Positions 12,317 to 25,200 of a stretch of DNA of 64,000 nucleotides are shown here, piece after piece. Within the stretch, counting starts at the first letter, position 1, and every line of letters begins with the position of its first letter. Made by a program: the position numbers and the translations under genes. This stretch comes from Antedon mediterranea (lineage: Eukaryota > Animalia > Echinodermata), in NCBI RefSeq assembly GCF_964355755.1, contig NC_092675.1, forward strand, positions 23,346,912 through 23,410,911, given 5' to 3'. The notes under the pieces were generated by a model. That model worked only from the letters and a program-made list of their open reading frames with translations. It was not told the DNA's origin and searched no databases.

Positions 12317-14860
12317 CTATACAATAGGATCATTGTCTGTCGTAACGTTCAGCTCGTCGTCAATATGGGTTTCTGCAATATCCGCGTTAGTTATGTCTTC
12401 CGCTATTACATCACGTTTATCATTATGTTTTCCGTTCTTAACATTGTTACTTTCGGTTAACATAATTTCATCTGTTTTTGTTTCCTCTTTATTGTATAAA
12501 CTTTCAGATGTGTCTGTAGTTTCATTTATTACAAGAGGAGCTCGTTTACGGTTGCCAGACGGACTAGTACGTCCAAATGTTTCACCGTCATGCTTGTATC
12601 GTTTGTCCATTAAACTTGACCGTTTGCCAATTTTACCTGCTAATGGACCTACATATTGATTATCTTCTTCATCATTTGCTCCATCATACAACCAGTCTTG
12701 TCGACTGTCGTTAAATACCCATCGTGCACCACTAATGTCACCCTTTTCATCATCGTATTCAGGTTCAGTAGAAGCCTTTGAGTACTCATTCTTCCGGCAT
12801 CTAGATGCATGTAAATAAAATAGTAATTATTTGTATTAAATCATCTGATTGGTGATGGTGGACCTCTAAATCCATATGAAGAAAAATATAGTAGATCTGT
12901 CAAAATCCTATGTCAGTACATAATACAAATAATACATAGTTTGCTATCATCTTACAGATCCTATAAACTAACAGTATTAATGTTAAAATGCTTTTAACTC
13001 ATCAAAAAGAAAGGATAATACGATTTTGAAATTCTGTGAAACAATTAGAAAGAGGAAAACCAAATACTCACCGCTTGCAAATAAATATGGTTAGAATGAT
13101 GAAAAAGATTAGTGCTAGAGCACCAGTACACGCTGCTCCAACTAAGATGTATATACTTTTATCAGACACTGGGAAGAAACAATGAAATATAAAAATACAA
13201 CAAGTTGGACTGTAAATCTATTTTGATGGACAGTTGCTGATCATTGTGATGAGACGATGATGTGGATATGAAGAATGTCTAATGGTATGATAAAGAAATA
13301 ATGTCAGGCCTATACTCGACTCACCAGAAATAGAAGACGTAGTCAATGGCAATACCACCGCCTGTGACGTAGACATTATTATAGCCTTAGACGTAAGAAT
13401 TGTTGACTGAACATCTGATTGGCTTGTCTCTAAAAACTGTGTGCTTTCCATTGCGAATGTTGTTCGACTAGTTTCAGTCGAAAACACCGATACTTTTTTA
13501 GTTCTATTAATAGAATCATACGGTGTTGTTTCAGTAGAATGTATTACTGTCACGTGTTCCATTGATGCACTTGTTGGGATGGTGTCAGTATTCATCATTT
13601 CATTTTCTTGAGCCAATAAACCTAAAATTAGATTAAATATAATTATACCAAAGTATAGGTCTCGTTATTTTTATAGGCCTCGTTATTTTTATAGGCCTAC
13701 TATTTCTTTCGTTTGCTTTTTGCTTATTATATACAGTAGTGCCGTTGGGAAAATTTTGTGTGACGAACACATTAAAATAACAATTGTCTAACGCCTATGT
13801 TAGTGACATGCACATTGTTTTAGCTCCTCATACTTAGAGCAATTATTACTTTCTGTCGAAAGGTTTACATAAGACGTTAGCAAACACATTGAAGATAACC
13901 CGATGTCAAATGATAAGCGACCATGGTGGTGTTAACTTATTATTGTATTTTGAAGTACTGTTGTGCTACAATAACATTTTAACCAATAGGCCTACTGTAT
14001 ATTAAAATGTAGGCCCCATGTGCCTAATGTCATGGAATGAATGTACCTTTCTCTGTTCCTTTTGACGGGACAACTTGTCCAGTAGACCCCATGACGCGTC
14101 GTCATCAAATAGGTCTATTGTTCATTTATTCCAAATGTAATCGATAGTATCGATATTTCTTTTTAGGCCTATATTACCATTATAATTTAGCCTATAATAT
14201 TAAGGAAATAGCACATATTACACGCTATATGTAACGTTGGGATTGCGCAGAATCATAGCAACAAGTGTGACGATATCTTAATCATTGACTATAGTAAATG
14301 TTAGGTCTATGTGTTTGGTGTTTCGATAATAGGCTAGATAGTCAAGCCTTGTCAAAAAGTATAAAACCGAGACATGCAGTCATATCATAATTTTACGCCA
14401 AGATATATCACAGCATCAAAGTCGTACTTCCATCTTGAAATCGAGTTCAGATACAGTGTTTTACTTTAATTTCAAACTACCCATGACCACGCCCACATTC
14501 TGAGTGTTGCATCTGTAGGTATCATAATATCTATACGAATGATGGCCCTAATGATATAAGAAGGTGAAAGGCATATTTCAATAGGAATAATAGACCTACA
14601 TTTTACATAGGCCTAAATTAACTAATATTGCTGTTGCAATAAAAACTTGATTAACCAGCCTTGGGACTCGACCCATTTACTCACATAAGCAAGAGACAAT
14701 AATCTCTTTACCCAAGTTGGAGTACCCGCGAGCCCGATAGTTGTTTCTCACGATGCCGCATATCGGGTAGATTTAAAATTAAGTGCAAAGTCCACTTACC
14801 ATTAAAGCATAGTAATATCCATGCTTTTAACAAATATTCCACTGGTCTTGATTGCAACAT
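12317..14860 (-). CDS. Mucin-like type I membrane protein (signal peptide, S/T stalk, TM, acidic Tyr-containing tail)
   Basis: Four in-frame exons: 14860-14800 (MLQSRPVEYLLKAWILLCFN), 13621-13325 (S/T-rich), 13168-13072 (TM, IYILVGAACTGALALIFFIILTIFIC), 12800-12317 (tail ending NDPIV*). All introns are GT-AG. Confidence 0.8.
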
Positions 14861-16243
14861 ATTGGAAAATTATAATGGCAACTCAGGAAACACTTCGGTG
14901 AAATAACTCCGGCACGTGATCTTGAATTCGACGGTTCGATTCTTTAGTACAATGCAAATTTCAGGCTGAATTTTTCAGCTTTATTCCATTCAGGTAAAAT
15001 ACTTAACAAACAAAACGTTTGAAAATTCGTTGAGCCCTGTACAATGCTTGTTCATTCAATGCGTTGACCAGGGATCACACTGATCTTCTCTGGTATGACA
15101 ATGAACAAAAGCGCGATGTAAAAATCCTTACCACGAAAACCATGAAAGGCCCATTGTTGTACTAAGTGACATAGGAAGCAGCAATCTTATCTAGATAGGC
15201 CTATATAAGTTTTACAATAATACGAAGTAAAATAATAAATATAGCTAGCATATATAGGCGCTTTACCTACCGATGGTGATTAGTTTGATTCGAAAACCCT
15301 CTGGTAAAATTCCTATCGCAAAGAAAAGTTTATTTGTCAGCGGGTGGTTCATAAACCAATTTTGTATAGTCAGTGGGTAGGCATATCCAGGTAGGTAAAT
15401 ACACATGATCTTATTTCACCATGGGTAGAGCCAGACTTCTTTCTATACTTGTTTATACTATTGCCTGGCGAAAGTGGTGAATAAGTCGGAATACATCGAC
15501 ATAGACCAAAAAAAAAAAAGGAAAAGAAAAACAACCAGGCCTATTAAGCCTATGCATAGAAAACTGTAATACAATTTGTGTTGATCATCGATTTATTATT
15601 GACAATTAAAAAGAAAATGTATGTATTCGAAGGCTGGTAGGCCTACTGCTAAGCAACCCATCTATTATGATAGATTTTGGACAAGAGATAATTATTGGCA
15701 ATACGAGTTACATCATTTCTGTTTGTGTATTTCTTTTTATTTTGGAAGACATTTTACAGTATAATTACATTTTGCTACAAAATAATGAATTTGTGATATA
15801 ATAGTCAATAGAAATTGACTATTGTGATATTAATTGCATAAAATCAATATAGCGCCCTCATTCATTATTGATTTTACTCGACGCGTACCTGGGAGAAAAA
15901 TAGAAGCGTCCGATTTGCCAGAAATAAACTAAATAATATTATATTTATTTAACAGATTAAAATGCATGTAATTATTATATTTTGTACATTGTTTTACAGG
16001 TTCAGAAAATATGATATTCTTAATGTGGTAATCGTTTATTTTATTTTATAATGTTATTTTAGAAATTTTAAAATAAGGTAACTCTGGAAACTGTCTAGGA
16101 CTAGACGAATTTGCAAAACACAAAAGTACGTAGAGAGAGAAGCCTTGCATCGACTCGACACCCACCTAGGCCTACGTCAGTTTAGCCTCTAGTAGATAGA
16201 TTAACCACGATTAGTAGGCCTAGCCTAGATTTAAGACTAAAAG

Positions 16244-19200
16244 ATGTCTGAAGATATATATGCGCCGGCGACTGAAGTACAAAATATAGCGCATGTAAAG
16301 TCGATGGAACAGTATGAAGAAATGTACAAAGAATCGGTGAATGACCCTGAAATTTTTTGGACTAAAATCTCAAAAGACTTTTACTTTCAGAAGCAGCCGA
16401 CAGGAAAGTTTCTTAATTACAATTTTGATGTTTCAGATGGAAATAAAGTGTTTGTTGAATGGATGAAAGGAGCCGTTACCAATGTATGTTATAATGTTCT
16501 TGATCGTCATGTTGAAAATGGCAAAAAAGACAACGTGTGTTTTTATTGGTGAGTCAATATAATTAGGCCTATAAAAAGGCTACTATGCTATGGGCCTACC
16601 TAGGCCTATATTAATAATATATAGGCCTAGGCTATACTAATATAGACTAGGCCTACCTAGGCCTAGCAGTAGTAATGGTCACAGTGCATATCGGCCGCCA
16701 GTCGGGTGTCACGAAACCTAAGACCACAAAAGCTAAGACCCCCTAAGACCTAAGATCACGAAAGCTAAGACCCAAGACCTAAGATTACAAATATTTATCT
16801 TTCGCACCTGCCTTGTATTTTAACTCCCAACATTTATTCTGAATACCACACCTTAGAATTGGCACTTTCATGAAAAAGAATCACATAAAAAGTAACAAAT
16901 ACATTTTTAAATTGATGATTTTACAGACGTTTTTCTCGCACACAAAATGACTAGCCTACAGACAGTATAGTACACTAGTAGGCCTACCCCATGTTCAATG
17001 TTTTTGTTTCTATGGAACGTCAAAAGAGCAAAAATTATGTAGAGGGCTGAAAACTCTGTGGAGTCCATCTACATAAACAATGTAAAATTAAAATTGTAAT
17101 GATAATAGTATAATCATGCAAGTACGAAGAAATAAATACTGGCAAATAAATTTTAACTTAAAAATCAATCAAGTTTTTTTGTTTCGTTTTCTTTCTGTTT
17201 TTATACTTGTACTATTATTGTTGCTCTTTTGGCGCTCCATAGAAACAAAAACATTGAGCGGGGAGCTCGAGGAGTTACATTACAGTATACAAAGAAACAC
17301 GCCTGTAAAATCATCAATTTAAAGGATTTATTTATTTGTTATTATGTGTTTCTCCTTCTGAAAGTACTTATAAGTCCTAATTTTAAAGTGTGGTATTCAG
17401 GATAAAGTTAGTCAACAAATTTGGAGTCAAAATACAAGAAAGGCAGGTGCGTAAGAAAAACATCCTCTGAACCAACACATTGGAGTAAATATATACCAAC
17501 AAACAACCCGTCAAGTTTGTTTGTTGTAAAGAAAAAATATACATTTACTCAACGGGCGAAAATAATGTGAGTTTTATCTATGTTTTTCGGTAGTATTAAA
17601 TTATATTTATGGTAATAAATGAAACCTACTGTGTTTAAAATTATGTATGGATAAACAAGTATTGTTTTTAAGCTGTAGTATATCTTAGAATTTGTAATCT
17701 TAGGTCTTGGGTCTTAGCTTTCGTGATCTTAGGTCTTAGGGGGTCTTAGCTTTCGTGGTCTTAGGTTTCGTGACACCCGCCGCCAGTCATTTCGGCCGCC
17801 GGTTATAAAACACCCAAAATCATGAAACGCCAAAAAGGACAACAAATTGTCAAAAAGGGTGTATACATGTACTGTATGTGCCTATCGCCTGAATAGACCT
17901 GCGTATTCAAACAGCAAGCAATCATATCAACAAAAACGATATACTTCTTTTTGATGTGCATGGTGTTGCACTATCAATATTTTATTTTTACTATCTTTTA
18001 CCGGTTTCTTCCTGAGCCCTACAAAGAAAATGTTATCTTGAAATAATTTTGAAAGGTTTTTACTTTTTTGCCTTTGCAGGGAAGGTAATGATCCAGATGA
18101 TAGCAAGGTAATCACGTATGGAGAGCTATACAAACAAGTATGCAAGTTTGCCAACGTCTTGAAAGATCTCGGTAAGTTTAAAAATAATAATCTGTATATT
18201 GAAATAATTTATATTGAAATAATTTATTATTCGCTGTGGCTAAAGATACGGTACCATATCCTAACTTCCGTTTGCTAAAGGTACGGTAAAATTGCATTAC
18301 GTCATAATCAGCCAATGGGGTGCTGGTACGTGTGTGACGTCATCGTATAAGGACTTGGGATTTTTTTTTTCATATCGCGAAATAAAAACAGTGATCAACC
18401 GGTGGCTTAACATTTTCTTTATGCTTCATTTAACGCTATTATAAAATATCCCCGTCGTGTGACAAAAACTAACTGTAGCCTAGGCCTACCTCTGCTATTA
18501 TTGATAGGCCAACCCATGTTAATTTTAATTCTAGAATACAGAAGTTTACCATTTCAAAAGAGGCGCCTACTACGTACTATAACCATGCTATAACCTATAG
18601 CCTCGGTATATGAGTTTGTTTGTGACTAATTAAGACCTGGGCTAGGCCTATTGTCTAAATCATAGTATTTGAGGGCCCCTTTATTGTCCGCATTTGCTTT
18701 TTGTTTATGGTCACCATCTGTAAACGAAGTTTATTAAAAAATATAGGCCTAAATAGGCCATTTGGAATAAAAATAAAACCCTCATAGTAACTATGGACGA
18801 ATGAAATCGACGCAACCAAAGAATATATATTCTTTGACTCACAATTTCCAACATTGAATTATAATTCCTTTACTTCTAATTTGGCTATCAACATATTTCT
18901 ACTGTAGTGTAGTGTATAATGTTGTAATTAATGAAATAATATTTGAGATTGAGTGCATGTTTAAAACGCTTATGTAACGTCCACCAACCCATGATCTTGC
19001 TCTATTACTACAGCATCGACGATTCTGGATTCAACATTGCTAGGTCTAGCCCCGAGGCTGAGTCACAGAATCATCAGCCCACACATCCGGTCCATGCAGC
19101 CTGGCTTCGTCGATAGGCGCTGCATTCGCGATGTGAAAAAACAATCCAAAGTCCTTATACGATGACGTCACACGCGTACCAGCACCCCATTGGCTGATTA

Positions 19201-22200
19201 TGACGTAATGCAATTTTACCGTACCTTTAGTAGACGGAAATTAGGATACGGTACCGTATCTTTAGCCACGGCGTTTATTATTTCAATGGCATTTGACAAA
19301 AATCAATGTTTATTAAGCAGAATTGAATAGTACACAGATGGTGATGCATCCATCCAGTGTTCTTTCAGTGCTTTAAATTGTTATAGCGTTATTATGAGGA
19401 AATTTCCTCGGATCGGAATCAAAAACATTACAAAAGTCATCCGTTCATAGAAGCATTGATTGATGTAGAAAGTCTATCCGTAGTGACTAATAGAGTTTGG
19501 TCCTGGTACATGACTATACTTCGGCTTTAGTTGATAGAAATTGAAATGTTTGTTAGAGATAGAGTATACGATGTTCAACTACAGTGTATACTGTTAGGTG
19601 TTAAAATAGTATATAGACAAATTCAGATTCATTTTATTTGTCATAAAACATATGACATTTATTTCCAGAGACAAAAGTTAAAATGTTATTTAAAATTGCA
19701 TAACAAATTGAACAATGTATTTAAAATGTTTATTTGTTATTTTGAACTGCTTCTATACAGGAATCAAGAAAGGAGACCATGTTGCGATCTACATGCCTAT
19801 GATTGTAGAGCTAGTCGTTGCTATGTTAGCTTGCGCAAGGATTGGTGCCGTTCACTCTATTGTGGTATGTTGTTCGTCATAAATGTTTGTAACTAAGAAA
19901 TAAGAAATGCTGTCTTAGCTTGGTATTTTAATTGATCTACAAGTACATTAAATTACAAAGTAGCTTAATTTCCAAATTAGTAAATACTTCTGTTAACACA
20001 GCACTAACCCAAAACACGTTATTGACAGAATTTCACGCCGTTTGAGATGATGAGGCACCTTTTAATTCCCCTTTAGCCATTCACCTATATTACAACAACT
20101 TCAGATGCTTCAGATAATATTTATTTAGATAATAATGAATGAATATATACAAAATAGAAAAAAGATATTAAAGTGAACATAGATAAAGCAGTAATTGGTA
20201 GTCATTATTATCATGGATCCCTTCTAGAAGTTAAAAACTTGTCTCGTAGGGACCCACAACAAAACACATTACTAAAAAAATAAAAAAAAAATAACCTAGA
20301 ATATATAATTATAAAATTTAGGATAAAAAATTACAGTATAATAACATAACTAACATCTTCTTTATAAAAATTATTTAAATTATATTTCAACAATTTTCTT
20401 GTGGAAAGCAAGAAAGGTCACATATTGGTCATCATGAATTCACTAATTAGATGTTCCCATTCATTGGACGGGAAAATGGCTACTAGTGTTATAATAATTG
20501 TTCCTTATATAAGCTATGCGTTCTATTTGTTTCTCTTTCCGACTTGCTTGTTTTCGAGCATATGTTATCGTATCAGCAAAACATCGATTCAAATCTTTCT
20601 CCTTTGGAGTAGGCTTTCCATATTTATAGCACCAGTTCATAATGTAGGCTGTAAAAGAAGGGGTTAGCAAGAAAATGGTTAAATCAAAACCAGTGTTGTA
20701 TAGTAGCACAAGCCCCACACCATGACCCCAATCACCCATTGGTTTCATGTTATTTAAATCAAATTGCTACACAATCTGATGATATTGTCACAACTTCATC
20801 CACACCTGTAGGAAATTCTCCACATGACTCTAGAAGCAACACAGAAATATACATGATAAAGTGTGCATAGTCATGTCATACAGAAAATGACCAGGGTACA
20901 TTGCCATTATTTTTTCCCAATGTGTCAATGCAGAAATCATAATAGCTAAACTTACACCTAACCTCTAAAAAATAATCTTTCTGACTGTAAAATATGACAC
21001 CTTTCGAAGATGTTTAACACTAAACGTTCAGCCAAAATAGTGGCTTGCAGAAATGACAAAACATTTGATTTAACAATACCTTATTAAAATAATGCTGGAA
21101 ACATTTTACACACAATGTGTGAATACCTTTAGAGCAATCAACAACTAAGCATTATACTGTAGTATGGCAATGCACTTACTTTTTAGTGTTTGACAAACAG
21201 TAGTGTCAAGTGGAGGTTTTGTAGAGTGTCCTCTTCTAAGACCTAAACCTCCAGCATCCATCAGTTGAGTTGGTGTGAATGTAGATCTGATAAGATTACG
21301 CAGAAGTTGTAACGGGTCATCTGTTGCTGATGACAGACTCTCCAGCAAGGCACTGGTTTCCATGAATACAGGAGAATCTTTAACTAGTTGGACCTGTTGT
21401 TGAGGCTAGAAGGAAAAAGTCTATGTGAGATATCAAGCCTCTTGATAGTAATCTCCTAATGGTTACTATATATTTTAGTAGTGTAGTGTCCCATCAAGAC
21501 TGCAGTATACTTACTGGTGATGGACATATTGTTTCCATTACTGTATGTTTTTCTTCATAATTAGAGTTAATTGTCTTTCCATTCATTGTATCAATAACAG
21601 ATTGAAAGTAGTCCAACACACCTTGATTAGGAACTGAAAGATAAAGTTTGAAATTAAAAGTCCAATTTTGAAAATGTCAGATTATGTAGTTAGTAGGACA
21701 CAGCTATATTTAAATCAATCAGACCTTGGTAAAAATAAAAATCATGATGTGAATTGGGTCTCCACAAGGTTATAAAAAGTAGGTACCCATATCCAAACAG
21801 AATGGCACAGTTTAGGAATACATAGATTACAAATGTCAGCTTAGTACTTTAATATATTACCTGGTACAGCTTCTTTTTTAGATTTCTTTAATTCTTCTTT
21901 TAGCTTCTGTATCTCCTTCTTTAAGACCAAGCAATTTGCACAGCAAGAATCAACATATTCCTTTTTTTTGCTCCAATTATCATCATTAGTTTCTTCTTTT
22001 TCTTCATCCACATATGCAACTTCTAGTATCATATTCACATCCTCTTCGATCTTTACCTTTTTTATAAATTCATTTTCTTCACTATCTGAATCACTGTGTT
22101 CACTTTGTTGAGGGCGATTTTGTGAAAGTATTGTTGTTGGTTCCTGTTTAATTAATTGACCCAGCCTGGTCCCCCCTGAATTGTAAAAAATACAATATAA

Positions 22201-25200
22201 AAGATAAAACACTTAATTTTACAATTTTTTCGCCCTTCCCTGAAACATACAGGGTACTGTACACCATCTGTATAATTGATCTTTCATTGCTATTGGTTTA
22301 ACCTATAGCCTTTGTCCAATTTAAAAGGGTTTTGCATTCAACAAACCAAAATAAATTACCGTATATAATTTGGAAATAACAATTTACTTTACAGGGTTAG
22401 GAGTGTTGTTGTATGTATAAATAATAATCCATTCATATGAAACATTAAATATTTGTTCAGTAATTAAATGCAAATTGACCTTAAATCCATTTGAATGATT
22501 ATTTTGTTTCATTTGAGGGTGGGTGCCTGAATTTTTAGTGTGGGTGATCCTACAGTACTAACCACATCCTAGCACAATTTACATGAACATGTATAACATG
22601 TTCCCTAACTTATACATTAATTATTACATCAATGATTCAAACATAATTTTATTGTTGGTAATAGTGCCTCTATTGTATTAACTGTCCACCTAAAGAATAG
22701 CAGTATTTTAATATAAATTCCGGGTCAGTCTAATTACCGAAAACAACCGAAAACAATCGAAAATAACCGAAAACAACCGAAAACAACCACAAACAACCGT
22801 AAACAACCAAAAACAAACCGAAAAAAAAATTAAAAAAATCTAAATACCGAAAACAAATTTTGTATAATATTTTTTTAAATGTCGCCCTCTATTGATGGGT
22901 GTTTCTAAAGCTAAGACCATACAGAGGCGCAAAAGTCATGGAAGACCCTAAGAAATGGTAGTGTGCACAAAATACAACTCAAAATCGTACAAATTCAATG
23001 AAATACACCGTAGATTACATTTACTTACAAAATCTATAAACACATTTCGTTTTTAGTCTTTTCAAAAACAAAGCATGATTTTACCTAACTTTGCGTTTTT
23101 TCGTCCCCGGTTTTCGTCACTTATTAAGTGAATACTGAAGCGATTAAGGATAAAAAAGTTATTTACTCGACTACAGTAATTTTACTGAATAGATTTTATT
23201 GTGAATCCTTTATAGTGAGCTTGTTTTAAGTATACTTTATAGTCCCTAGTATCTTTGTATAATTATCTTTGAAAATCTATAATTAAATCGATCATGATTA
23301 ACCATAGTCAATATACTTTATATACTATGGATTAACATATTCACAATTATTGTAAGGAGTAATGCGCTGGTTTCTGGATCAAAAATCGAAAGACTAAAAT
23401 TAAAATATTTTTATAGATTCTGTAAGTAAATGCGATGTTATCATTGATTGATTGCATGATTTTTAGTTGTATTTTGTGCACACTACCATCGTAGGGTAGG
23501 GTCTTCCTTGGCTTTTGCGCGCGCGGTTTTGTCTCTGTTATGGTCTTAGATTGAGAAACACCCATCAATAGAGGGCGACATTTAAAAAATATTATACACA
23601 TTTGTTTTCGGTATTTAGATTATTTTATTTTGTTTTCGGTTGTTTATGGTTGTTTTCGGTTGTTTGTGGTTGTTTTCGGTTGTTTAAGGTTGTTTTCGGT
23701 TTTTTTCGGTAATTAGACTGACCGTAAATTCCAACCCTCCATTATTCCCCATACTGGTGTTAAATGTTTCTTTGTTAGATAGTCTTAAATAAGTGGTACT
23801 ATTATTATTACTATGACTTAAGACTATACATGAATTCAATTTCAACTGATAATTAAAATTAAAAACTAATAATTTCTGTAGGATCCGATCAAGTACTGTA
23901 TAGATCCACAATTTGGTGAACATAATCCTAGGGTAGGATTTTACTCGGATTATATAAGAATTTTATCAAAGATTTATTTTCCGAATTTATCCTACAGTAA
24001 CATTAATTATATTCCATGAGAATGAGATTATTCTACTTCACAATACGGTATAATGAAATATATTGTACTATAATTTAATGAAATCAGGTCATTTACAGTT
24101 TCCAGTCTTATTATTACATTACAGTCTATTGAATGACTTTTTCTGTACTGTACATGCTTGGCACCAAAATAATTATATTAATGTATAATAATATAATTCC
24201 AAAGGCAAATTAATGAAAAAATGACAATGCTGTGGGTATCAGTGGCTTTATCTCAATGGCGATACAAAAAAAAAAAAAAATCAAAAAGATAAAGTAAAAC
24301 AGCCAGAAAAGTTAGCAGAGCTTTCGGGCAACACTAGCCCTTCATCAGTGCAAGATATATAATAGATATAGAACACAATTTTCATAGCAAATACATATGG
24401 AGAATAAGCAGTACGGTAAATGATAATTTTACCTAAGGAACATTCTGATTTCTCTCCTTTTTTTTCTGGCCTAGTAGACTTCCTTCTCTTGTTACTATAT
24501 ACTTCTGATATATTACTTCTCTGACGCTTCATTCCATCGTCTGTAACTATATTTGTGGCTGAATCTTGATAAATAATTCTTTCTTGTTCCATTTTCAAAA
24601 TATTGATCAGTTAGAATGCACAGGAAATGTATAATGGGAGCTTAAGTGAGACACTTAACCAACCAACTGAGCTGACTTGCATCTGACTCATCTGACTCAC
24701 ACTATTGATTAACAATTGAATGACCTTTGTGCATGACCTCACATGGCCAACCAAATAAAATAAATAGTTTACTATCATTCAACTTAACATAATTCATGTA
24801 TGAAATTTGTTTTATTTACATTGTTAATATTTATTTTTTTGGATCAGGTGCCGTTTTCGGCCACCTCGACTTGTATGGACTATACCATTATAAAAAGATA
24901 GGAAAATAGGGGTGTCCCATTTGTTAATTGAGTGTGCTAATGTGTTAAAATACTGCTGCTTTTGTTCTTTTGTTTAGTGCATTATGTTTCAGCAACGGCA
25001 CCTGATCCCAAATATTTTTTATGTCTTATTAATTTTTAAAAAAATGTAATATTTTTTTAAGTCATTTAAAAAAATGTCATAACAAAATTAAATGTATATT
25101 TTTAAGAGATTTGTCACAATGATATATCTATATTATTTTCGTTTTTATAGTTTGGTGGATTTTCTTCTGACTCATTAGCAGAAAGAATCTTAGATGGAAA

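Noticed and set aside
12156-12659. 167-aa plus-strand ORF (also 3550..3792, 4679..4993, 8634..8831, 37319..37519, 47858..48115)
   Set aside because: Antisense shadows of real exons on the opposite strand.
19990-25012. CACTA/EnSpm-like or other termini enclosing the nested BEN gene
   Set aside because: CACAGCA at ~19997 has no convincing inverted partner beyond the gene; the short inverted repeat at 24838-25012 (GGATCAGGTGCCGTT/AACGGCACCTGATCC) is local and lacks a clear TSD.
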